A DNA stretch of 63,890 bases, filler included, from Octopus bimaculoides (Eukaryota): assembly GCF_001194135.2 (NCBI RefSeq). It is 5 parts of 5 records of this genome, joined end to end, with 100 filler letters (N's around TTAATTAATTAA, not from the genome) between each part and the next. Parts side by side here need not be neighbours in the genome. Positions count along the whole stretch, not along the records: positions 13,050 to 27,457 come from NC_068996.1; 4 more parts are not named here. One strand, given 5' to 3'. The notes beneath the pieces were generated by a model that was not told the origin of the DNA, did no database searches, and was given only the letters and a program-made list of their open reading frames with translations. This document shows positions 13,414-24,411 of this stretch, piece by piece (within the stretch, counting starts at the first letter, position 1; every line of letters starts with the position of its first letter). Made by a program: the position numbers and the translations under genes.

Positions 13414-14696
13414 CCATAAATACACATGCAGACGTGCATACACGCAAGAACACATTTACAGACATAAATTCATACACATACAGACACACATTTACACACA
13501 CTCTTACATGAGCACATACACATAAGCACACATGTATGCACACACAAATACACACATACAAAATCTTATACTCATACACGTGAGAGAAAGAGAGACAGAA
13601 ACAGGTGTTTGTGTGTGTGTGTGTGTGTATGCATGCATGTGTGTGTGTCTGAGTGTGTGCATGTTTCTCCCACTTCTCTCTCTTACAATCTTTTAGCATC
13701 GTCCAGTTATGGATCTCTATTCCCATTGGTCACTTTGTCTTTCTTATTTGTACCTTCTCTCTAATGAAAGCTTTCAGTGTATACCATCATTATCATCATC
13801 ATCATCATCATTGTATTACAGATATGACCTATTAATTAATTAGGGTGTAGTCTATTTAAAGTGTAAGGTTTTGGTTTTGATTCTCAGACTTGGTAGCTTG
13901 TATTTTAAAGTTGTAAACGTAAAAATAATCAGTATTGAAATGAATGTATATATANNNNNNNNNNNNNNNNNNNNNNNNNNNNNNNNNNNNNNNNNNNNNN
14001 NNNNNNNNNNNNNNNNNNNNNNNNNNNNNNNNNNNNNNNNNNNNNNNNNNNNNNNNNNNNNNNNNNNNNNNNNNNNNNNNNNNNNNNNNNNNNNNNNNNN
14101 NNNNNNNNNNNNNNNNNNNNNNNNNNNNNNNNNNNNNNNNNNNNNNNNNNNNNNNNNNNNNNNNNNNNNNNNNNNNNNNNNNNNNNNNNNNNNNNNNNNN
14201 NNNNNNNNNNNNNNNNNNNNNNNNNNNNNNNNNNNNNNNNNNNNNNNNNNNNNNNNNNNNNNNNNNNNNNNNNNNNNNNNNNNNNNNNNNNNNNNNNNNN
14301 NNNNNNNNNNNNNNNNNNNNNNNNNNNNNNNNNNNNNNNNNNNNNNNNNNNNNNNNNNNNNNNNNNNNNNNNNNNNNNNNNNNNNNNNNNNNNNNNNNNN
14401 NNNNNNNNNNNNNNNNNNNNNNNNNNNNNNNNNNNNNNNNNNNNNNNNNNNNNNNNNNNNNNNNNNNNNNNNNNNNNNNNNNNNNNNNNNNNNNNNNNNN
14501 NNNNNNNNNNNNNNNNNNNNNNNNNNNNNNNNNNNNNNNNNNNNNNNNNNNNNNNNNNNNNNNNNNNNNNNNNNNNNNNNNNNNNNNNNNNNNNNNNNNN
14601 NNNNNNNNNNNNNNNNNNNNNNNNNNNNNNNNNNNNNNNNNNNNNNNNNNNNNNNNNNNNNNNNNNNNNNNNNNNNNNNNNNNNTATATATATATG

Positions 14697-14982
14697 TGTG
14701 TGCGTTGTGGCTCTTGTGCGGGTGGCACATAAAATACACCATTTTGAGCGTGGCCGTTTCCAGTACCGCCTGACTGGCCCTCGTGCCGGTGGCATGTAAA
14801 AGTACCCACTATACTCTCAGAGTGGTTGGTGTTAGGAAGGGCATCCAGTTGTAGAAACTCTGCCAAATCAGATTGGAGCCTGGTGTTGCCATCCGGTTTC
14901 ACCAGTCCTCAGTCAAATCGTCCAACCCATGCTAGCATGGAAAGCAGACGTTAAACGATGATGATGATGATGATGATGATGA
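14697..14982 (+). mobile_element. SINE with (GAT)n tail
   Basis: Core gagtggttggtgttaggaagggcatccagttgtagaaac; ends gcagacgttaaac(gat)8. Confidence 0.85.
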
Positions 14983-15187
14983 TATGTATATATACACAAT
15001 TGCAGGTTGGAATGTGTTTATAAACCATTTAAGAAACACACAAAAAACGTTCAACATTTAAATTTAAACATTTAAACACCTTCCACACTGCAATTGTTTT
15101 CGTTCCAGCACACGATCTCAGATCAGGTCACTTGCTATACAAATACATCTCCGAAATACACACACACACACACATATATATATGTGT

Positions 15188-16250
15188 ATACTGGGGTTGG
15201 ACAAATAATGGGCACACATTAAAATTTCAAGCAAATTTATTTCAGTATATGATAGGACTGCCTTTGGCAGTAATTACAGCTTCAATTCTATGAGGTATGG
15301 ACTTGTACAAAGTTTGAATTGTTTCCAAAGGAATTTTTGTCCATTCTTCAGATAAAACAGTCTCCTTTTCTAGTAGTGATGATGGTGGAGGATATCAACT
15401 CCTTACTTGTTTTTCTAAAATGCACTATAAATGTTCAATAATATCAAGATTTGGGGACTGTGGTGGTCAGATAAGATGTTCAACTTCACTAGAATGTTCC
15501 TTGTGCCATTCAGTAAAAATTTTAGCTGTGTGAATTGGTGCATTATCATCCTGAAAGATTGCTCCAGAAACAGTTCCGCAACCATAGGATAAATTTCATC
15601 AGATAAAATTATTGAATAGTCTTAACTATTAATTCTGTCACGAAGGGAAACCATTGGGCTGGCTGATTTCCAAGATATAGCCCCCACCCCCAGTTCACCA
15701 TAGATCCTCATCCATGTTTAACAGTTGGAAGAAGGCAGTCTGGGTCAAATGCTTCTTTTGGCTGTCTCCATATTTGGCCGGTGGTCAGAAATAGGGTAAA
15801 GGATGACTTGTCCAAGAAAATAACATTCTTTCACTGCTCTAGGGACCAATTCTGTAGGTTTTTACTCCACTCTAAATACTTTGCAATGTTTGTTTTTTAA
15901 AGTAGTGGTTTTCTGATTGCAGCCCTCCTGTGAAATCTAGCTTGGTGCAGCTTCCAGTGAACAGTTTTTGTGGAATCTTGGTTCTCGAGGTGGTCATTAA
16001 GTTCTGCAGTAATTTTGGGAGCTGTACTTTTGTGATCCTTTCTAACAATTTGCATAAGAATCCGACGGTTCCTATCTGAAAGGTTTGGTTTTCTTCCGGA
16101 GTTTTGTTTTGACAAGGAGGTTTTTCCCTCTTTCTCAAAGGCTGCCAATACTATCGAGACAGTACTTCTTGTTACACCAAACATTTCAACTATTTTCATT
16201 TTGCTAGTGCCTGCCATACAAGCACCAACAATTTGACTTCTTTGAAAGTC
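15188..16250 (-). mobile_element. Tc1/mariner transposon, DD36E-type, lacking its 5' end
   Basis: Terminus tata-ctggggttggacaaataatggg near 15188 and a transposase pseudogene on the minus strand. No second TIR was found beyond the adjacent SINE. Confidence 0.9.
15242..16250 (-). pseudogene. Tc1-like transposase pseudogene (several stops and frameshifts)
   Basis: Manual translation: DFQRSQIVGA..SGRKPNLSDR..HRRAAIRKPLL*..NVIFLDKSSF..LLPTVKHG..FQDDNAPIHTAK..PPQSPNLDIIEHL..IEAVITAKGSPIIY*. Confidence 0.92.
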
Positions 16251-16251
16251 A

Positions 16252-16567
16252 TGAAAGTGCATGGCTAAGTGGTTAGGGTACTCAGCTTACGACTGTAAAG
16301 TCTTGAGTTCAATTCCCAGCAATATGTTAAGTCCTTCAGCAAGACACTTTATTTCCTGTTGCTCCAGCTGGTAAAAATGAATTGTACCTGTATTTCAAAG
16401 GGCCAGTTTTGTAACACTCTATGACACATTCAGTCTTCCTGAGAACTATTTTAAGGGTATACGTGTCTGTGGAGTGCTCCGCCACTTGCACATTAATTTC
16501 ATGTGCAGGCTGTTCCATTGATCGGATCAACTGGAACACTCATTGTCATAACCAACAGAGTTCCACA
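16252..16567 (+). mobile_element. tRNA-derived SINE; 3' half shared with 34236 and 63585 copies
   Basis: A-box atggctaagtggttaggg and B-box gagttcaattccc; 3' body ...gtgtctgtggagtgctc...gatcggatcaactggaac is shared with the copy at 34236. Confidence 0.85.
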
Positions 16568-16763
16568 TGTATCACTCTATGTGTGTATTTGGATATTTAA
16601 AATATGTATTGAAAATATACATTAACATTTGCTATCCAATACTTTAATATGAGTTTCTGCTTGCATGTGTATCTTGTGCACATTGCATTTATTTATGATT
16701 CTTCTTCAATTATAATCATTAAAAATAATATTTAGGATCTTTGTAATGATTAGAAAAAGGACA

Positions 16764-16952
16764 TTAACCCTTTTTCATAGCAACCTACTTGAGATTGCCT
16801 TTTATTCTATAATACAAATCTTCCTCTTTTAAAATTATCTAAATCAAGAACTTACATCAAAATTTCATGTTCATTTCTGTCTCAAATATCAGTTTGATAA
16901 TGACAAAGTTATTTTACTAAATTTTTCATTCTTTTCAAAATTGGATGAATCA
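16764..16952. mobile_element. piggyBac-type (TTAA-CCCT) MITE, left part
   Basis: Begins TTAACCCTTT; runs into an N gap. Family assignment is from pattern recall. Confidence 0.5.
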
Positions 16953-17419
16953 NNNNNNNNNNNNNNNNNNNNNNNNNNNNNNNNNNNNNNNNNNNNNNNN
17001 NNNNNNNNNNNNNNNNNNNNNNNNNNNNNNNNNNNNNNNNNNNNNNNNNNNNNNNNNNNNNNNNNNNNNNNNNNNNNNNNNNNNNNNNNNNNNNNNNNNN
17101 NNNNNNNNNNNNNNNNNNNNNNNNNNNNNNNNNNNNNNNNNNCTCACACAGCCATGATTTATTTAAAAGTGATTATCTCCCACAAGGCACCATGTGTTAT
17201 AATCTATTGTAGTAATAAATAGAACTGTCATAATAGTTGTAATAATGATAAAGAGTATAATCATTTTAGAATACTTGGGGGACTGAGTGATGTTTATAAT
17301 AACTACTATACAAATTGTGGTAATGTAAGTGTTGATGGAGTGGCTAATGTGTAGAGAAATTCTGTTGATAATGTTATGAGTTATGTAACCTACAATATTC
17401 CCATTGAGACATTAACTAG

Positions 17420-17730
17420 ATTATGTAATTTTAAGAAGAAATGTGAATACCCACTAGGAAATAAATGTTTAACCAAAAACATTAAGGATAATGTTAAAAC
17501 TAATCCACATACTTTTACTTACATAAGTTCCACTTTAATGATTTTTACATTTCGAAGGAAGGATAAAATGAAAAATAACATCACTCTCCACAAACGCCTT
17601 GGATTTAAGGAACGAAAATGTCGATTGTCATCTATCATGGAGCATTGTTAGACACACTAAGCCTTATAATAGTGATAGATATGGTTGCAATTTCTGCTGT
17701 TTGGAATTGTTGGAAATCTTAAAATGCTCA
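17420..17730 (+). pseudogene. Penelope-like GIY-YIG endonuclease remnant
   Basis: RLCNFKKKCEYPLGNKCLTKNI..FTYISST, then after a frameshift DLRNENVDCHLSWSIVRHTKPYNSDRYGCNFCCLELLEILK. This matches the PLE endonuclease pattern CNCR..CPL.G.CL..YIG..W.I...PY....C.LC..E. Confidence 0.75.
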
Positions 17731-18934
17731 AGTGATATTATTAAAAGATCAGAGGAATTAAGGATCACATAGTCTCAGTCTGTCTGTAGATCTTTCTTAT
17801 ACCTTAAATCAATTCTATAATGTCTCCCCCAAGTATTGGATACATTTATAAATAACCCCTACAATATAAACCTTAATCACTAGAAATAGAATTCATGGAT
17901 TATATTTAGGTAAGCAATCATATCTTAATATCTTATCAATACAGACAACTGATTATATTTAGGCTATTTTTGTCTATCTTTTGTCATAGCAACAGACACT
18001 GATGACTATAATTTTATATTATTTATATTTTATATAATTTAATTCAATAACTTCATTGAATTTGCTTCAAGCCTTAGATAATATATTTGTTCTCCTAGTT
18101 ATGACCTTTATAATTTTTTTTAACATTTTCTTAATATTCTCCATAAATTTTAATTATTTTAGTAGTGATCTAACCTCTCTACTGAATTTAAATTATTGAA
18201 TTCATTTGCTTTATTCTCAATGATATGAAAATATTTATTAAAGAGAAATGTTGGTGTTCATGGTTTTTCATTTTCTTGTTTTATTTTCTTATTGAGAATA
18301 TCAGATATTTTTCCTTCTCTATTCTTTTCAGCCTTTCAACTTGTAACTTCCTTGCAGCTATATAACTGGTCTCTCAAAATTTCCATATTTAACTTACATN
18401 NNNNNNNNNNNNNNNNNNNNNNNNNNNNNNNNNNNNNNNNNNNNNNNNNNNNNNNNNNNNNNNNNNNNNNNNNNNNNNNNNNNNNNNNNNNNNNNNNNNN
18501 NNNNNNNNNNNNNNNNNNNNNNNNNNNNNNNNNNNNNNNNNNNNNNNNNNNNNNNNNNNNNNNNNNNNNNNNNNNNNNNNNNNNNNNNNNNNNNNNNNNN
18601 NNNNNNNNNNNNNNNNNNNNNNNNNNNNNNNNNNNNNNNNNNNNNNNNNNNNNNNNNNNNNNNNNNNNNNNNNNNNNNNNNNNNNNNNNNNNNNNNNNNN
18701 NNNNNNNNNNNNNNNNNNNNNNNNNNNNNNNNNNNNNNNNNNNNNNNNNNNNNNNNNNNNNNNNNNNNNNNNNNNNNNNNNNNNNNNNNNNNNNNNNNNN
18801 NNNNNNNNNNNNNNNNNNNNNNCATTCAGATTATTCTGTCAAATGTAATATATATTCATTTGCATTGATTTGATATAATCAAGCATTAATTCAAAAGATG
18901 TTTGTCTTGTAGGTTATTTGGTGATCCTGTAAGT

Positions 18935-19205
18935 GCAGGTGTCACTTAAAAAGCATCCAGTCCACACTGTAAAGTGCATGGTGTTCGGAAGAGCATCCAA
19001 CTGTAAAAACCTTACCAAAACTGACCTTACCTGTGTTTGTGCCACATAAAATGCACTCACACTCTGCTGAGTGGTTGGTATTAGGAAGGAAAATCCTACC
19101 AAAACAGTCACAGAAGTCTGGTGCAGGCTTCTGTCTGGCCGGCTCCTGTCAAACTGTCCCACTACACTCTTGGAGTGGTTGGCATTAGGAAGGGCATCCA
19201 GCTGT
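18935..19205 (+). mobile_element. Three tandem partial cores of the (GAT)n-tailed SINE
   Basis: The motif (c)acactc..gagtggttgg..ttaggaagggcatcca.ctgt recurs at about 18965, 19055 and 19165. Confidence 0.7.
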
Positions 19206-19792
19206 CTTCATGTAGGTATCTGTGTCGTTTCAAAGTATCGGTAGGACCCTCTGCAAATCCCACGCTAGCATATTCATCTATATAAGTCTAATTAGCTGGG
19301 AACCACCTTAAACACTCACACATAAACTAACCCCCAACCCCATGTGCCCTCCACATTCCATAATTTATTTTACACCTACATAGGGCCCCTCTTATCACTA
19401 TGAACTTCCTAAACCTTAGCTATAATATAATTTTAAACCACCCTCCCTAGTGTAAATAATGCAGTTTGCTTTAACTCCCTTTTCACCTTAAGTTAGAGTT
19501 ACCGATGTATCAATTTATTGTTTTGCATTCTGAAGATATTTACTAAAACTAGTAAATTGAAACAATTGTAAATGCTAGCTTCTTCTTTGTTAATTAATTA
19601 AATTAAAGATATACCAGCGAAAACGACGAGTTTCTCCTTGTTATTTACATCCATTTTCTTCTCGTATATAACTTAAACTACCTGCAACAGTACAACTTTA
19701 CAAAGGACTGTACCTACTCAGGTAATCACCAGGTGCACCTTTGGTTTTAATTATCCCTTAGAGGTTTTAAACTTCTTTAACTGATACTTAAA

Positions 19793-19849
<57 letters not shown>

Positions 19850-21237
19850 TACACACACACACACACATATATATGCATATATATACATATAAATATATAT
19901 AGACAATATATATATATATATATATGTATACACACATATATACATACATATGTGCATATACACATATACATACATAAGTACATCTACACATATACACATA
20001 CACACACATACACACACACATAATTGCAGGCAGAAACATGCACTTTTAAGTCAGTGCATCCGCAATATTTCTTATCAACATGAGGAATGCAACAGAAGAA
20101 CATGCTTAGATGTGTAATGAACATGCCACATGTTTCACTTCTTTTCAAAACTAATTGGGATGGAATTTCACTGATTGGATGAAAATTAGGAAGAAAATAG
20201 CAGCACTAAAAAGTCGGAAGAGAATAACATCAAAATTCGGAAGAAAACATTTTCATGAGAAAGGATGTTTTCTTGTATGTTTTATTGTTAATTTTTACCA
20301 TTTCTTTCTTCTTTTTGTCTTTTTAATTCCTGTTTTAGTGAATAACATTTAACAGTGTAAGTCTTAGATGTGNNNNNNNNNNNNNNNNNNNNNNNNNNNN
20401 NNNNNNNNNNNNNNNNNNNNNNNNNNNNNNNNNNNNNNNNNNNNNNNNNNNNNNNNNNNNNNNNNNNNNNNNNNNNNNNNNNNNNNNNNNNNNNNNNNNN
20501 NNNNNNNNNNNNNNNNNNNNNNNNNNNNNNNNNNNNNNNNNNNNNNNNNNNNNNNNNNNNNNNNNNNNNNNNNNNNNNNNNNNNNNNNNNNNNNNNNNNN
20601 NNNNNNNNNNNNNNNNNNNNNNNNNNNNNNNNNNNNNNNNNNNNNNNNNNNNNNNNNNNNNNNNNNNNNNNNNNNNNNNNNNNNNNNNNNNNNNNNNNNN
20701 NNNNNNNNNNNNNNNNNNNNNNNNNNNNNNNNNNNNNNNNNNNNNNNNNNNNNNNNNNNNNNNNNNNNNNNNNNNNNNNNNNNNNNNNNNNNNNNNNNNN
20801 NNNNNNNNNNNNNNNNNNNNNNNNNNNNNNNNNNNNNNNNNNNNNNNNNNNNNNNNNNNNNNNNNNNNNNNNNNNNNNNNNNNNNNNNNNNNNNNNNNNN
20901 NNNNNNNNNNNNNNNNNNNNNNNNNNNNNNNNNNNNNNNNNNNNNNNNNNNNNNNNNNNNNNNNNNNNNNNNNNNNNNNNNNNNNNNNNNNNNNNNNNNN
21001 NNNNNNNNNNNNNNNNNNNNNNNNNNNNNNNNNNNNNNNNNNNNNNNNNNNNNNNNNNNNNNNNNNNNNNNNNNNNNNNNNNNNNNNNNNNNNNNNNNNN
21101 NNNNNNNNNNNNNNNNNNNNNNNNNNNNNNNNNNNNNNNNNNNNNNNNNNNNNNNNNNNNNNNNNNNNNNNNNNNNNNNNNNNNNNNNNNNNNNNNNNNN
21201 NNNNNNNNNNNNNNNNNNNNNNNNNNNNNNNNNNNNN

Positions 21238-22845
21238 CTGCTGCTTTGCAGTGATTTGTTTGTTTGTGCTTTCTCTTCTCGTGAGAGGAGAGATAGCTTA
21301 GTAAAACCATGTCTGTAGAAGACTATAGCTTCTCAGACATATTGGAAGAGGAAGAGGAATTGTTGGAGGCAGTCCAGAAGATGGACAATCAATTGAAGAA
21401 GAAGAGGAATTTTGCTGATGTGGCAAAATGCCAGGAGAAGAAAATGGCTATCGGAAAATTTGGAAGGTATAAAGATTTATTAAGTCGGGTTGCTTTTGAG
21501 GTGAAGCTGTCCCCCACCCCTGCAAGAGACGCATAATAACATTAAAGAAAGGACAATAATGTACCAAACCTTTTCGATAAGTAAAGGAAAAATTGACATT
21601 GTGACTACGGACCAGGTGGAATAAGCTCTGAGACTGATATGGAGTGATATCATGTACCTCAGAAGAAGTTCGATGTTTGGAGTAGTGGAGGTGAGGTTCA
21701 AGGATGTGGCAACAGCAAGGAAACAAGCAGTGACATCTATCAAGAATGAGGAAGTGGTGCTTCTTCCCACTTACTGAAGACTAAGAACAACATGAATCAG
21801 CATAGAAAGAATTCCACCAGAGATTGATGTGGCCTGGGTAGCAGATACTGTCCTTCTTGGAAATGAGGACAACATAGTGGTTCTCCAGGCCACAAAAAAG
21901 GAAAGCTTGACTTGGAAGGGACAAACACTGAACCTGATTGTTCAAGGATCAACCAAGACTCTGGAAAATATCACAGAGTCAATAATTATGGATGACGTGA
22001 TAATGATGGTTAGGGTGGAGGGCAGAGTCCCCAGATGCTTTAAATGTGGCCTAAAGGGCCACATTAGAGCAGACTGCCTTTCACAGACCAAAAAAAGCAT
22101 AGGAGAAGCGACTAAGGAGCAAAAGGAAGAGAGGTTGGAGAGTTCCAGAAAGGACAAAGAAACCAGAAAAGATGTGGAAGTAGTAGCAATGGAGGACAAG
22201 TGGGAAAAAGTCNNNNNNNNNNNNNNNNNNNNNNNNNNNNNNNNNNNNNNNNNNNNNNNNNNNNNNNNNNNNNTGTAGACACCAAGCCTACCCATTCCCC
22301 TCCGACACAAAAACAAAAGAAAAAGAAAAGAAGTACTGACAAAAACCCTGGAATTCCCTCCTGCCAGGCAGAAAAGAAAAAAAATGTACTGTAATAATGT
22401 GTGACGATTCAAATGAGGAATTTTGTAAGGAGGTAATGACATGGAAGAGTGTGAAAAAGTGGAAACAGAGGGGTATGACAATGTTAAGAGGTGGCACCGA
22501 TGTATGGTAACCACAGAGAAACAAGAAGGTGAGGTTGGCAAGGCATGAAAGTGGATACGATTAGTGGGAAGTGGAACTTGACTGGAACAAACTACCAGAC
22601 CTTTTAACATATGAAAAATTGTTGGAAGAGCATGATGTAGACATTTTAGAAAGATCAAGGTATAAGAGGTGTTAAAAGGTAGAAATGGGGTTACTCGGAG
22701 ATGGGGGCCAGGTAGTTTCATTGCATTTTTCTCATTTTCATTATCATATGTTGATTTGATTTTTCTTTTTTTGGTTTGTTTCATGTCCCCACATGTTATG
22801 TATTGTTCTGTCTGTGTTTACCCCTTGTGGGTAATAAAAAAAAAA
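21238..22845 (+). mobile_element. L1/Tx1-like non-LTR element carrying only ORF1, with a poly(A) end
   Basis: ORF1 pseudogene, then a pyrimidine-rich 3' UTR ending ccccttgtgggtaataaaaaaaaaa. No RT or APE motifs visible; a 61-N gap lies inside. Confidence 0.65.
21309..22394 (+). pseudogene. Gag-like ORF1 with CCHC zinc knuckle (a few stops)
   Basis: MSVEDYSFSDILEEEEE...VEVRFKD...VLLPTY*...ISIERIPPEIDVAWV...MVRVEGRVPRCFKCGLKGHIRADC (CX2CX4HX4C), followed by a Lys/Glu-rich tail. Confidence 0.8.
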
Positions 22846-22898
22846 TCATTAGTTTTTTCAACGTTTGAAGAGAAGTGTGTACCTTAGTTTTTAATGAA

Positions 22899-23380
22899 AT
22901 GGTGTCAGCAAGTAGTGATTCTGACTTTGAAGGTTTTACTCTTGACGATATAGAAAATATAAATAAAAACAAGAGTATTTTGTCTTCGGTATGAATCTGA
23001 TATCGATATTAGTGAATATTCGTTGGACGAGGAAGATTTTGAGAACAAAAGCGATAAAAATGAAAGTGATAAAAATGATATCGTAAACATGGCAACATGG
23101 TCAAAGATTAAAACACCAATCACTATACCTGATTTCACAGAAAACACTGGTCCACAACAATATTTACTTAACCATTAAACTATCTATTTGCTCAACCATT
23201 GATTCTCAAACATTGAACTATCTATTTTTTGAAAATGTTGTGAAGGAAACAAACAAATATGCGCAACATATTATTTCTGCTCGTGGAAGAAACAATTCAC
23301 TATGGCAGCCAACTTATTCTGCGAAAATTAGAGCATTTTTCATAATCAATATTATGTTTGGTGTTAAACAGCTTCCTCGA
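22899..23380 (+). pseudogene. piggyBac (PGBD4-like) transposase N-terminal fragment
   Basis: Acidic N-terminus SDSDFEGF..ESDIDISEYSLDEEDFE, then W...PDFTENTGP, then FFENVVKETNKYAQ..WQPTYSAKIRAFFIINIMFGVKQLP (TN.YA / W..T..E..AF.G..I.MG..LP signature). Confidence 0.8.
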
Positions 23381-23384
23381 TTGT

Positions 23385-23481
23385 TGATGCCCTTCCTAAC
23401 ACCAACCACTCCAAGAGTGTAGTGGGTGCTTTTATGTGCCACTGGCACGAAGGCCAGTGACGCGGTACTGGCAACGGCCAC
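23385..23481 (-). mobile_element. Internal fragment of the (GAT)n-tailed SINE
   Basis: gatgcccttcctaacaccaaccactccaagagtgtagtgggtgcttttatgtgcc...ggtactggcaacggccacg matches the 13050 and 14697 copies. Confidence 0.85.
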
Positions 23482-23482
23482 G

Positions 23483-23503
23483 ATCTGAATATTAAAGGGT
23501 TAA
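23483..23503. mobile_element. piggyBac-type terminus (atctgaatattaaaggg-TTAA)
   Basis: AGGG followed by TTAA; the reverse complement resembles the cattcagat left end at 18823. Confidence 0.5.
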
Positions 23504-23559
23504 ACATGTTTTTGTCTAAAATGACTTCACACTCAATTTAAATATGACTCGGGTTTTGG

Positions 23560-24068
23560 GGAGTGGGAAAATTCAATCCTCAGAGGAGAAGAGGCTGGTA
23601 AAAAAGCCAAACTTGCTATTTCTCAGTTTTCATGCCTATCTTCAATTATGGTCATAAATATTGGATAATATCCGAAAGAGTATGATCACAAATACAAGCA
23701 GCTGAAATGGATTCCCCTGAAGAATTCCTGGAATAATGTATCTCAACATGAAGCATAGTTTGGAGATCAGCAAATCTCTCCATGTCGAGATGCTATTTCT
23801 CTGCATTAAGATGTCACAGCTTCAGTTCTGCAGACATGTGATTGGAATGGTGAAAGAAAGAATCACAAGGTGAATTCTTCAAGTGGAACCAACCAGACTT
23901 AAGAGTAGACCAGATAATATTCAGTTCCATTCGGTCATTCTTGGGAATCGAGTGAGAAAGTGTAATGATGGTTGCTTCTGATATGACCTTATGGAGGAGG
24001 TGCCCGAGAGTGCTGTCCCCTCAAACCTTCCAGGAATAGTGGACAGAGAGGATGGATGGATGGATGGC
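23560..24068 (+). mobile_element. RTE-clade LINE 3' remnant with (GATG)n tail
   Basis: FNYGHKYWIISERV*SQIQAAEM/F..RIPG..SLHVEMLFLCIKMSQLQFCRHVIGM..EPT..VASDMTLWR (RTE RT C-terminal pattern); ends ggatggatggatggatgg. Confidence 0.8.
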
Positions 24069-24359
24069 AGGATTTGCAGAATTAATAAAACAACAAACAG
24101 GAAGATGCATAAGAAAGAAAGATTAACTGAATCAGTAGAGCAATACACAAAATGCTTTNNNNNNNNNNATAGTAAATAAATACACAGACGAACAGAAAAT
24201 ACAGAGGTTCACCAACTCCTCTTGAGTTATCGGTCAGAGAGTCCAAGTACAATTTCAGCCATTATCGATAATATTCCTTCCACTCTGAAGGTACTGGCAA
24301 GAAACTTGCTGGGAATGGGACCAAAACATAAGAAGACGAGACCGTTAGTAAAAGGATGA

Positions 24360-24411
<52 letters not shown>

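Noticed and set aside
13852-14902. 200-416 aa ORFs in the track here and at 20288, 31675, 32844, 52007, 59301 and 62325
   Set aside because: They are open only because N gaps translate as X; the flanks are microsatellite or SINE sequence.
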